Shown here piece after piece: positions 19,528 to 28,585 of a DNA stretch of 64,000 nucleotides (the stretch's first letter is position 1; every line of letters starts with the position of its first letter). Source of the DNA: Occultella glacieicola (GTDB taxonomy: Bacteria; Actinomycetota; Actinomycetes; Actinomycetales; Beutenbergiaceae); contig NZ_SMNA01000002.1 of the NCBI RefSeq assembly GCF_004353825.1, positions 434,001 through 498,000 of the forward strand, in the 5' to 3' direction. The notes under the pieces were generated by a model. That model was not told the DNA's origin and did not search any database. It saw nothing but the letters and a program-made list of their open reading frames with translations. A program made the translations under genes and the position numbers.

Positions 19528-19911
19528 TCATCCGAGGGCCTGGACCACGGCGTACCCGGCGAGCACCACGGCGATCGCGGCCACTCCGACGACCAGGATC
19601 GGCAGCGCGCTCGGCGCGGGCAGGGGCTCGCCCAGCCGTAGGGCCCGCTCGGTGCGTCGCCAGCCCACCAGGGCACCGACCGCGAGGGCGCCGCCGGCAA
19701 GGCAGGCCAGGGCGGCGACCACGTCCAGCAGCGGGCCGCCGACGGCGAACGTCGCCAGGGTGGTCAGGGCGACGCCCCCGGCCACGAGGGCCAGACCGGT
19801 GCGCAACCACGCGAGCGCGGTGCGCTCGTTCGCGAGGGAGAACCGCGCGTCCGGCTCGGTCCCCACCCCGTACACGGACCCGGGCCGGCGCTCCGGGGCC
19901 GGTCCACTCAT
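19528..19911 (-). CDS. DUF202 family membrane protein (YidH-like)
   Basis: EPDARFSLANERTALAWLRT and 3 TM segments. ATGA overlap with deoA. Confidence 0.88.
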   Translation of the reverse strand: MSGPAPERRPGSVYGVGTEPDARFSLANERTALAWLRTGLALVAGGVALTTLATFAVGGPLLDVVAALACLAGGALAVGALVGWRRTERALRLGEPLPAPSALPILVVGVAAIAVVLAGYAVVQALG

Positions 19912-21203
19912 GAGGCGGCGACCCGTTCCAGGACCACGGCGCCGTCCGGTGGCCGGGACCCGGCGGGCGCGATGGTCACCGCGTCGGCGAGCACCTCCGC
20001 CGCCCGCGCGAAGCGGTCCGGGGTGTCCGTGTGGAGCGTCATGAGCCGCTGGCCGGCGCGCACCGCCGCGCCGGGCTTGGCGTGCAGTTCGATACCGGCA
20101 CCGGCCTGGACGGTGTCCTCCCGACGGGCCCTCCCCGCGCCCAGACGCCAGGACGCGACGCCAACGGCGAGGGCGTCGAGGCCCACCAGCACCCCGTCGG
20201 CGGGTGCGAGGACCTGCTCGGTGTGCTGCGCCGTCGGCAGCGGTGCGTCGGGGTCGCCGCCCTGGGCGGCGATCATGCCCCGCCAGGCGTCCATGGCCCG
20301 ACCGTCGGCGAGCGCGGCGGACGGGTCCGCGTCCGGGCGGCCGGCGGCGTCGAGCATCTCCCGGGCCAGGGCGAGGGTGAGCTCGATGACGTCGGCCGGG
20401 CCCCCGCCGGCGAGTACCTCGACGGACTCACGGACCTCGAGGGCGTTGCCCACGGTGAGCCCGAGCGGCGTGGACATGTCGGTCAGCAGCGCACTCGTGC
20501 GCACCCCGGCGTCGGTGCCGAGGTCGACCATGGTGCGGGCCAGCTCACGGGCCTCGTCCAGGTTCTTCATGAACGCCCCGGACCCGACCTTGACGTCGAG
20601 CACGAGCGCGCCGGTGCCCTCGGCGATCTTCTTGCTCATGATCGAGGACGCGATCAGCGGGATGGACTCGACCGTGCCGGTCACGTCACGCAGGGCGTAC
20701 AGCTTGCGGTCGGCGGGCGCCAGACCGGACCCGGCCTGGCAGATCACGGCGCCGACGCCGTCGAGCTGGGCGAGCATCTCGGCGTTCGTGAGGGCGGCAC
20801 GCCAGCCCGGAATCGCCTCGAGCTTGTCCAGGGTGCCGCCGGTGTGCCCGAGTCCGCGCCCCGACAGTTGCGGCACGGCCACGTCGAACACGGCGACCAG
20901 CGGTGCCAACGGGAGGGTGATCTTGTCGCCGACACCCCCGGTGGAGTGCTTGTCCGCGGTGGGGCGGGACAGCCCCGAGAAGTCCATGCGTTCGCCGGAG
21001 GCGATCATCGCGGACGTCCAGCGGGCGATCTCGGCCCGGGTCATGCCGTTGAGCAGGATCGCCATGTTGAGGGCGGCCATCTGCTCCTCGGCGACCACGC
21101 CCCGCGTGTAGGCGTCGATGACCCAGTCGATCTGGGCATCGGTGAGAACCTGCTGGTCCCGCTTGGTGCGGATGACGTCGACGGCGTCGAAGGCTTCGCT
21201 CAT
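19908..21203 (-). CDS. deoA: Thymidine/pyrimidine-nucleoside phosphorylase
   Basis: DKHSTGGVGDK, SGRGLGHTGGTLDKLE, LYALRDVT, SIMSKKIA and DVKVGSGAFMK. Confidence 0.96.
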   Translation of the reverse strand: MSEAFDAVDVIRTKRDQQVLTDAQIDWVIDAYTRGVVAEEQMAALNMAILLNGMTRAEIARWTSAMIASGERMDFSGLSRPTADKHSTGGVGDKITLPLAPLVAVFDVAVPQLSGRGLGHTGGTLDKLEAIPGWRAALTNAEMLAQLDGVGAVICQAGSGLAPADRKLYALRDVTGTVESIPLIASSIMSKKIAEGTGALVLDVKVGSGAFMKNLDEARELARTMVDLGTDAGVRTSALLTDMSTPLGLTVGNALEVRESVEVLAGGGPADVIELTLALAREMLDAAGRPDADPSAALADGRAMDAWRGMIAAQGGDPDAPLPTAQHTEQVLAPADGVLVGLDALAVGVASWRLGAGRARREDTVQAGAGIELHAKPGAAVRAGQRLMTLHTDTPDRFARAAEVLADAVTIAPAGSRPPDGAVVLERVAAS

Positions 21204-21270
21204 GGCCTCAGCCTAGTGAGCCGGTTCCGCCGGGGCCCGGAGGTTCGCTCCAACCGCCGCCCCACAGGGT

Positions 21271-21663
21271 TCAGGCCTCCAGGGCGTCCGGTCCGAAGGC
21301 GTCCGGGAGCACCTCGGTCATCGGTCGGATGCCGGAGACGGTCTCCACGAGCAGGTCCGGCCCACCGTGCTCCCAGAGCAGTTGCCGGCACCGGCCGCAG
21401 GGCATGATCGTGTCCCCGTTGCGGTTCACGCAGGTGAAGGCGGCCAGCCGGCCCCCGCCCCCGGTGATCAGCGCGGACACCAGGGAGCACTCCGCGCACA
21501 GGGTCACGCCGTAGGCGGCGTTCTCCACGTTCGCGCCCACCACCAGGTCGCCCGTGGTGGTGAACGCCGCCGCGCCGACGGGGTAGCCCGAGTACGGGGC
21601 GTACGCGCGGGTCATCACCGCACGTGCGGCGGTGCGCAGGGCGTCCCAGTCGATGTCGGTCAC
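21271..21663 (-). CDS. cdd: Cytidine deaminase (homotetrameric type)
   Basis: AYAPYS..VGAA, NVENAAY...CAE, PCGRCRQ and LPDAF. Confidence 0.96.
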   Translation of the reverse strand: MTDIDWDALRTAARAVMTRAYAPYSGYPVGAAAFTTTGDLVVGANVENAAYGVTLCAECSLVSALITGGGGRLAAFTCVNRNGDTIMPCGRCRQLLWEHGGPDLLVETVSGIRPMTEVLPDAFGPDALEA

Positions 21664-21679
21664 GGCGACCTCCTCGCGC

Positions 21680-22966
21680 TCACGGGTACGGCTTGCCCTC
21701 GGCGGCAGGCGGACGGATGCGCCCGACCAGGCCGGCCACGGCGAAGATCGTCGCGAGATACGGAAGCATCGCGAGCAGTTCGTACGGAACCGGGGAGCCG
21801 ATGTTGCCGAGCACCCGGTTCAGCGAGTCCGCGAACCCGAACAGCAGGGCCGCCGCGAGGGCGCCCGTGGGACTCCACCGGCCCAGGATCATCGCCGCGA
21901 GCGCGATGTAGCCACGGCCCGCGGAGACCTCCTTGGTGAACGGCAGCGCGGCCGCCACGAACGCCGAGCCACCGAAGCCGGCGATAGCCGAGCCGAGCAC
22001 CACGTTCCGGTACCGGGTCCGGTTGACCTTGATCCCGACCGTGTCCGCGGCCTTGGGGTGTTCGCCCACGGCCCGCACCCGAAGTCCCCACCGGCTGCGG
22101 AACAGCATCACCTGCAGCACCGCGACCACCACGTACATGACGTAGACGATCACGGTCTGGTTGAACAACGCCGGGCCGATGACGGGGATCTCGGACAGAC
22201 CCGGGATCGCGAAGGACGGCATCCGCGGCGGGTTGTTCAGACCCTGCGGGTTCTGCGTCAGCACGGTCGAGAACAGGTAGTTCGTCAGGCCGAGGACCAG
22301 CACGTTCAGCACCACGCCGACGATGATCTGGTCCACCCGGTACTTGATCGAGAACACCGCGAGCAGCAGGCCGACCAGGGCCCCGGCGATCGGCGCCGCT
22401 ATCAGGCCGATGTAGGGGTTCCCGGTGGCAGAGGAGACCACCACGCACAGGAACGCGCCCGCCAGCAGTTGTCCCTCGATCGCGATGTTGATGATGCCCG
22501 AGCGCTCGCACAGCACACCGGCCAGTGCCCCGAACACGAGAGGCACAGCGGCCGTGATCGTGGTCGAGAGCAGGAGCGGCAGGGGCAGCCCGCCGGTGTT
22601 GCCGGCGACCGCCCAGATCAGGAACGCGAAGAGCATCACGATCCCGAACGCGATCGGGATCACGCCGAGCCGGCGCCGGTTCAGCGTGGCCCAGAAGGAC
22701 AGCCCGGTGAGACCGAACGCCACGACCAGGAGGACCAGCGCAGACCCCTGGGACGGTAGGTGCAGGGTGCCGATCTGGATCGCGTCCGCCGACCGGGACA
22801 CGACGATCCTGGAGATCCTGCCCGGGTGGGTGAAGATGACGAAGGCGAGGAGCCCGACGATGCTGATGACGCCGAGGATGATCGGCGTGCGCCAGGAGAC
22901 GGGGGCCATCGCCTTCTCGTCGAGCAGGCCGTCGGGTGTCAGGCGGGGGTTGGCCAACTGACTCAT
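21680..22966 (-). CDS. Nucleoside ABC transporter permease (NupC-like)
   Basis: ERSGIINIAIEG, GLRVRAVGEHP.AA...GI and GRGYIALAA..LGRW. Start is MSQLANP at 22966. Confidence 0.9.
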   Translation of the reverse strand: MSQLANPRLTPDGLLDEKAMAPVSWRTPIILGVISIVGLLAFVIFTHPGRISRIVVSRSADAIQIGTLHLPSQGSALVLLVVAFGLTGLSFWATLNRRRLGVIPIAFGIVMLFAFLIWAVAGNTGGLPLPLLLSTTITAAVPLVFGALAGVLCERSGIINIAIEGQLLAGAFLCVVVSSATGNPYIGLIAAPIAGALVGLLLAVFSIKYRVDQIIVGVVLNVLVLGLTNYLFSTVLTQNPQGLNNPPRMPSFAIPGLSEIPVIGPALFNQTVIVYVMYVVVAVLQVMLFRSRWGLRVRAVGEHPKAADTVGIKVNRTRYRNVVLGSAIAGFGGSAFVAAALPFTKEVSAGRGYIALAAMILGRWSPTGALAAALLFGFADSLNRVLGNIGSPVPYELLAMLPYLATIFAVAGLVGRIRPPAAEGKPYP

Positions 22967-24237
22967 GCCGCCACCTCCTTGACTCGGCGGGGCCGGTCGG
23001 GCGAGGGCAGGAAGAAGATCGATCGGACCAACGGCGGGGCGGCGATGAACAGCACGATCACGGCCTGGATCACCAGGACGATGTCGATCGGGGTGTTCGA
23101 GACGGTCTGCATCAGCGGCGACCCGGCCCGGAGGGCCCCGAACAGGAGGGCGGCGAGCACCGTGCCCAGTGGTCTGGACCTGCCGAGCAGGGCCACCGTG
23201 ATCGCGTCGAACCCGATCGATCCGGCGCTGCCGGCCTGCAGGGTCTTGTCGGTACCGAGGATCTGGGCGGCGCCGCCGAGTCCGGCGAGGATGCCGGCGG
23301 TGACCATCACGAACACGAAGATCATGTTCACGTTGATGCCGGCCGTGCGGGCGGCATCCATGTTCGCGCCGACGGCCCGGAACTTGAAGCCGATCGTGGA
23401 CCGCTCCATCAGCCACCAGACCAGCGCCGCGGCGCCGAGGGCGAGGAGGAAGCCCCAGTGCAGCCGGAACCCCTCCCCGAACAGCAGGGGGAGCCTCGCG
23501 TTCTCGCCGACCGCGGGCGAGATGGGCCGCGACCCACCTTGCCGCAGCACCGTTGTCGTGAGCAGGTAGGTGACCAGCCAGATCGCGATCCAGTTCAACA
23601 TGATCGTCACGATCACCTCGCTGGCCCCGGTGCGTGCCTTGAGGAAGCCGGCGATCCCGGCCCAGAGCCCGCCGACCACCATCGCGGCGATCACGGCCAT
23701 CACCACGTGCACGACCACCGGCAGGGACCAGGTGATCCCGACGTAGGTGGCGGCGGCGGCGCCCATCAGCACCTGGCCCTGGGCCCCGATGTTGAACAGG
23801 CCCGAGCGGAACCCCATCCCGAGGCCGAGCGCGGCGAAGATCAGCGGCGTGGCCGCGACCATCGTCTCGGTGATCGGGCGGATGGCCCGGGCCAGGGTGG
23901 GTGCCTGGAAGTCGAACACCGCGCCACGGAACAGCGACGCGTACGCCCCGGCCACGCTGTTCCAGGCTGCCGAGACCGTGTCGAGCGGGCGGGCGAAGAA
24001 GTAGGTCGAGGCCTCGCGGACGTCCTCGTCCGCGATGGCGATCAGGACGCCACTGATCACGAGCGCGGCGACGATGGCCAGCAGGGTGACCAGCCAGTTC
24101 GAGGTGAGCATCCGGTGCATCGCGTCCCGGAGCCATTGGTCGTCGGGCCGGGTCGCGTCGCGGTTGCCGCGGGCGCCGGTGCCGGGGTCCTGCTCCGGGA
24201 CCACTGGGCTCTCCGGGTTCTCCGGTTCCTGGGTCAC
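22963..24237 (-). CDS. Nucleoside ABC transporter permease (NupB-like)
   Basis: GLFNIGAQGQ, EVIVTIMLNWI, RAVGAN..AARTAGI and GFDAITVALLG. Confidence 0.9.
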   Translation of the reverse strand: MTQEPENPESPVVPEQDPGTGARGNRDATRPDDQWLRDAMHRMLTSNWLVTLLAIVAALVISGVLIAIADEDVREASTYFFARPLDTVSAAWNSVAGAYASLFRGAVFDFQAPTLARAIRPITETMVAATPLIFAALGLGMGFRSGLFNIGAQGQVLMGAAAATYVGITWSLPVVVHVVMAVIAAMVVGGLWAGIAGFLKARTGASEVIVTIMLNWIAIWLVTYLLTTTVLRQGGSRPISPAVGENARLPLLFGEGFRLHWGFLLALGAAALVWWLMERSTIGFKFRAVGANMDAARTAGINVNMIFVFVMVTAGILAGLGGAAQILGTDKTLQAGSAGSIGFDAITVALLGRSRPLGTVLAALLFGALRAGSPLMQTVSNTPIDIVLVIQAVIVLFIAAPPLVRSIFFLPSPDRPRRVKEVAA

Positions 24238-25823
24238 GAGGGCTCCTCACTCTGCTGGTCGTCCGCGATGACGTCGGCCTCGTGCAGGAGCGTCGGGTGC
24301 TCGGCCGCCTCCTGTTCCGCGGACTCCGGTGCCACGCCCGCCATCATCAGGCCGAGCACGTCGCGGTCGACGTCGCCGCCCACGATCCCGATGATCTTCC
24401 CGCGGTACATCACGGCGATCCGGTCCGCGAGGGCCATCACCTCGTCGAGTTCGGTGGAGACGATGATCACTGGGGTGCCGTGGTCGCGCTCGGCGACGAT
24501 CCGCTTGTGGACGAACTCGATCGAGCCGACGTCCAGGCCACGGGTGGGCTGGGAGGCGATGAACAGCTTCAGCGGGCGCGACATCTCCCGCGCGAGCACG
24601 ACCTTCTGCTGGTTCCCGCCGGAGAGGGTGGAGATCGGCGCCTCGACCGAGGGGGTGCGCACGTCGAACTCCTCGACGAACGCCTCCGAGCGCTCCCGCA
24701 CCACCCGCAGGTCCATCGCGATGCCCCGGGCGTACGGCGGGCGGTCGTGCTGGTCGAGGATGATGTTCTCGGCCACGCTGAACGAACCGATCAGCCCGTC
24801 CGTGCTGCGGTCCTCCGGCACGAACCCGACGCCCGAGTCGAGCACGTCGTTGACCGAGAGCCCGGTCAGTTCCGTGCCGTCGAGCACGATCGACCCGGCG
24901 ATCGGGGTGCGCAGGCCGAGGATCGCTTCGGTGAGCTCGGTCTGCCCGTTGCCCTGCACCCCGGCGATGGCGAGCACCTCGCCGCCGCGGACGGTGAAGC
25001 CGACGTCGTCGACGACCCGGCGCCCGACGGCGTCGGTGACCACCAGGCCGGAGACCGTGAACTCGCCGTCCGCCAGCTGGGCCGGCGCCTTCTCGACCCC
25101 GAGACTGACCGCGCGTCCCACCATCAGGGAGGCAAGCTCGGCCTCGGTGTCCTGCGCGGTGGCGGTGCCGACCACCTTGCCGCGCCGGATGACGGTGATC
25201 TCGTCGGCGATGGCGCGGACCTCGCGCAGCTTGTGGGTGATGAACACGATCGAGGTCCCGGCGTCCCGCAGCTGGCGCATGATCTCGATGAGCTCATCGG
25301 TCTCCTGCGGGGTGAGCACCGCCGTCGGCTCGTCGAGGATGAGCACCTCGGCGTCCCGGGACAGGGCCTTGATGATCTCGACCCGCTGCTGCACGCCGAC
25401 GGGCAGATCCTCGATGAGGGCGTCGGGATCGACGTCGAACCCGAACCGCGCCGAGATGTCGCGGACCAGCGCGCGGGCCCGGTCCAGCCCGATGAGGCCG
25501 AGCGGTCCGGTGGGCTCGTGGCCGAGCACCACGTTCTCCGCGACCGTGAACACGGGCACGAGCATGAAGTGCTGGTGGACCATGCCGATGCCGGCCGCCA
25601 TGGCCTGGCCGGGTCCGGCGAACTCCACCGGTTCGGAGTTGACGAGGATCTGTCCCTCGTCGGGCGTGTAGAGCCCGTAGAGGACGTTCATCAGCGTTGA
25701 CTTCCCGGCGCCGTTCTCACCCAGGAGCGCGTGGATCCGCCCCGGCTCGAACGTCAGGTCGATCCGGTCGTTGGCGACCAGGTCCCCGAATCGCTTCGTG
25801 ATGCCACGGAGCTCGAGCTTCAC
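24234..25823 (-). CDS. Nucleoside ABC transporter ATP-binding protein (tandem ABC, NupA-like)
   Basis: GENGAGKST, VHQHFML, DEPTAVLT, LSGGNQQK and QPTRGLDVG. Confidence 0.93.
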   Translation of the reverse strand: MKLELRGITKRFGDLVANDRIDLTFEPGRIHALLGENGAGKSTLMNVLYGLYTPDEGQILVNSEPVEFAGPGQAMAAGIGMVHQHFMLVPVFTVAENVVLGHEPTGPLGLIGLDRARALVRDISARFGFDVDPDALIEDLPVGVQQRVEIIKALSRDAEVLILDEPTAVLTPQETDELIEIMRQLRDAGTSIVFITHKLREVRAIADEITVIRRGKVVGTATAQDTEAELASLMVGRAVSLGVEKAPAQLADGEFTVSGLVVTDAVGRRVVDDVGFTVRGGEVLAIAGVQGNGQTELTEAILGLRTPIAGSIVLDGTELTGLSVNDVLDSGVGFVPEDRSTDGLIGSFSVAENIILDQHDRPPYARGIAMDLRVVRERSEAFVEEFDVRTPSVEAPISTLSGGNQQKVVLAREMSRPLKLFIASQPTRGLDVGSIEFVHKRIVAERDHGTPVIIVSTELDEVMALADRIAVMYRGKIIGIVGGDVDRDVLGLMMAGVAPESAEQEAAEHPTLLHEADVIADDQQSEEPS

Positions 25824-25895
25824 CGCCTGCCTCCTTCACGTCGTGGCACGAACTGTATCGCCGTGCCGGCACGGCGAACGGCGGACGCAGCCGAC

Positions 25896-25925
25896 GGCCC
25901 GGGCGACCGTGAGGTTGCCCGGGCC
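25896..25925 (-). other. Intra-operon stem-loop after the binding-protein gene
   Basis: GGCCCGGGCGACC-gtga-GGTTGCCCGGGCC, next to a perfect 20-bp palindrome at 25858-25877. Confidence 0.55.
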
Positions 25926-25948
25926 ATCGACAGGCGTCTACGCGGGGA

Positions 25949-27064
25949 TCAGTTCGCGCTCGGGGACTCGATGACGAGGTCGCCCGCGATGATCTGCTCG
26001 CGCAGGTCCTCGATCTCGGTCTGCAGCTCGGCCGGCACCTGGTCCTCGAAGGAGTGGTACGGAGCCAGGTCCACGCCACCGTTCTCCAGGGTGCCCACAT
26101 ACGGGGTGGCGTCGAAGTCGCCGGCGACGGCGGCGTCGATGGTGTCGAACACCGAGTTGCCGATCAGCTTGATCACGGAGGTCAGGATCAGGTCCTGGTA
26201 CTCGGCGTTGGACTCCTGCTCGAAGCCGTCCGAGTCGACCCAGATCACCGAGACACCCTCGTGCTCGGAGGCCGCGGACAGGGAGCCCGCACCGACCGGC
26301 CCGGCCACCGGCAGGATGATGTCCGCGCCGGCGGCGATGAACTGCTGCGTGGTGTTGTACCCGTTCTCGGTGTTCGTGAAGTCACCGGTCATGGAGCCGT
26401 CCTGGGCTTCCTTGTCCCAGCCGAGCACCTGGACGTCGGTGCCGTGGGCCTCGTTGTAGGCGGCGACGCCGTCGACGAAGCCGTCCATGAAGATCGTCAC
26501 CGACGGGAACGCCTGGCCGCCGTAGGTGGCGACGGTACCGGTCTGGGTCATGCCACCGGCCAGGTAGCCGGCCAGGAACGCGGCCTCCTGCGTGTTGAAC
26601 AGCAGCGGCTTGGCGTTGTCGAGCTCGACCGGGGAGAAGTCCGGAGCGGAGAACGCGGAGTCGACCAGCGCGAAGTGGAGGTCGGGGTTCGCCTCCGCGG
26701 CGGCCTGGATGGTGTCCTCGAGGGCGAACCCGACACCGATGGTCAACGAGCAGCCGGCCTGCACCATGGCGTCGGCGTTCGCGGTGTACTGGCCCGGGTC
26801 GGTGGACTCGGCGGACCGGATCGTGATGCCGAGATCGGCCTCCGCGCGCTCAAGGCCCTCGAAACCGGACTGGTTGAACGACGCGTCGTCGAAACCGCCC
26901 TCGTCGGAGATCATGCAGCCGATGAAGTCGGAGTTGTCGGCGGCCTCCGTGGTGGTCTCGGTGTCACCGCCCGCCGTCTCCTCGTCCTCGGGGGCCGCGC
27001 CACAGGCGGCCAGGGTCAGGGCGGCGACGGCGAGGGTGGCCACCGCGTAGATCGGCTTCTTCAC
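25949..27064 (-). CDS. BMP family nucleoside-binding lipoprotein
   Basis: Lipobox LAAC; GGFDDASFNQSGFEG, AFLAGYLA and IWVDSDG. AGGAG RBS before the GTG. Confidence 0.93.
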   Translation of the reverse strand: MKKPIYAVATLAVAALTLAACGAAPEDEETAGGDTETTTEAADNSDFIGCMISDEGGFDDASFNQSGFEGLERAEADLGITIRSAESTDPGQYTANADAMVQAGCSLTIGVGFALEDTIQAAAEANPDLHFALVDSAFSAPDFSPVELDNAKPLLFNTQEAAFLAGYLAGGMTQTGTVATYGGQAFPSVTIFMDGFVDGVAAYNEAHGTDVQVLGWDKEAQDGSMTGDFTNTENGYNTTQQFIAAGADIILPVAGPVGAGSLSAASEHEGVSVIWVDSDGFEQESNAEYQDLILTSVIKLIGNSVFDTIDAAVAGDFDATPYVGTLENGGVDLAPYHSFEDQVPAELQTEIEDLREQIIAGDLVIESPSAN

Positions 27065-27264
27065 GTGAACTCCTGTGTCTCTTCGGCGCCCACGGGGTGT
27101 CGCGGGCGCGATCCCACGGCGGGTCGGTCAAGTGAACCGTGGGGGGCCTAGGGGGAGACAGTAGACCGGCGATCATCCCGTTCGTGTTACATGGTGAGAC
27201 GTTCGAGCAAAGCGTTACCGAACTGGTATCGAAGCTGCGGTGGCCGATGGTGAGACTGGGCCGG

Positions 27265-28509
27265 TCACGCAGTCGGGGTGCGACGGTCGATGCCCTGGTG
27301 CTCGGCCTGGACGGCCACCTGCGCCAGGAACCGGGCGCCCACGCCGATCGCGGACTCGTCGATGACCAGGTCGGCCTGGTGAAGGTCGAACGTGCGCCCA
27401 CCCGGGGTCCGGGTACCGAGTCGCGCCATCGAGCCGGGCACCCGGGTCAGGTACCAGCCGAAGTCCTCACCGCCGAGGGACTGCTCGGTGAGCAGCACCG
27501 AGTCGGGGCCGAGGATGGTCTCGGCCGCGTCATCCATGTGCCGCACGCAGCGCTCGTCGTTGTCGACCGGAGGCACGCCCCGCTGGATCTGGAGGTCGAC
27601 GTCCACGCCGGTGGGGGCGACCACCTGGTCGATCAACTCGCGGAGCAGGTCCTCGGCCCGGTCCCAGGCGCGCGCATCCAGGCAGCGCAGGGTGCCGGTG
27701 AGGACGCCGACGGACGGGATCGCGTTGGCCGCGGTACCGGCGCGAACCGTTCCCCAGGTGAGGTTGACGCCGGAGCGCGGGTCGAGCCGCCGGCCGAGCA
27801 GGGCCGGGGTGAGGGTCGCGACCAGGCCGAGTGCGTACACCACGTCACCGGTCAGGTGCGGCCGGGACGTATGCCCACCGGTGGAGGACAGGGTGACGGT
27901 GATCGTGTCGGACGCACTCGTGATCGGCCCGATCCGGGTGCCGACCTGGCCGGCGTCGAACTTCGGGTCGCAGTGGATCGCGTAGATCTGGTCGACCCCC
28001 GCGAGCACACCGGACTCGATGAGGTCCAGTGCTCCCCCGGGCTGCAGCTCCTCGGCGGGCTGGAAGATCAGCCGCACCCCGATCTCGAGCAGGCCCTCCG
28101 CCGCGAGCGTCGCGAGGATCAGCCCGGCGCCGAGCACCACGGCGGTGTGCGCGTCGTGCCCGCAGGCATGGCTCACGCCCTTGACGGTGGACGTGTACTC
28201 CAGGCCGGACGTCTCCTGCAGCGGCAGGGCGTCCATGTCCGCCCGCAGGGCCACCCGGCGCAGCCGTCGCGATTGCACGGCGTCCACGGTCCCCGCAGGA
28301 TCGATGTCGCAGTACAGGCCGGTCCCCGCCACCCGGTGCACCGTCAGGCCGGCCTCCTCGAGCCGGGCGGCGACCAACTCGCTGGTCCGGTGCTCGGTGC
28401 GCGCCAGTTCCGGGTTCGCGTGGATATCACGCCGGATCGTGCGCAGCTCGGCGTCGAGTTCGGCAGCGAGGGCGTTGATCCGGGACGTCAGGACAGCAGG
28501 CTTCGACAC
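27265..28509 (-). CDS. M20D family amidohydrolase
   Basis: RRDIHANPEL, LRADMDALP, HACGHD.H, IFQPAEE, GGHTSRPH and GGEDF. Confidence 0.9.
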   Translation of the reverse strand: MSKPAVLTSRINALAAELDAELRTIRRDIHANPELARTEHRTSELVAARLEEAGLTVHRVAGTGLYCDIDPAGTVDAVQSRRLRRVALRADMDALPLQETSGLEYTSTVKGVSHACGHDAHTAVVLGAGLILATLAAEGLLEIGVRLIFQPAEELQPGGALDLIESGVLAGVDQIYAIHCDPKFDAGQVGTRIGPITSASDTITVTLSSTGGHTSRPHLTGDVVYALGLVATLTPALLGRRLDPRSGVNLTWGTVRAGTAANAIPSVGVLTGTLRCLDARAWDRAEDLLRELIDQVVAPTGVDVDLQIQRGVPPVDNDERCVRHMDDAAETILGPDSVLLTEQSLGGEDFGWYLTRVPGSMARLGTRTPGGRTFDLHQADLVIDESAIGVGARFLAQVAVQAEHQGIDRRTPTA

Positions 28510-28585
28510 ACCCCGAGGCTACTGCCTTCCGCATCGCGGGCCCGGCGGCGTCCGCCCACAGGACTCGGGTGGACGGCGAGCCGCG

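Noticed and set aside
27184..27220. GTTAC repeats as GlnR/MtrA boxes upstream of the nucleoside transporter
   Set aside because: The spacing does not match a clean direct-repeat box, so the evidence is too weak.
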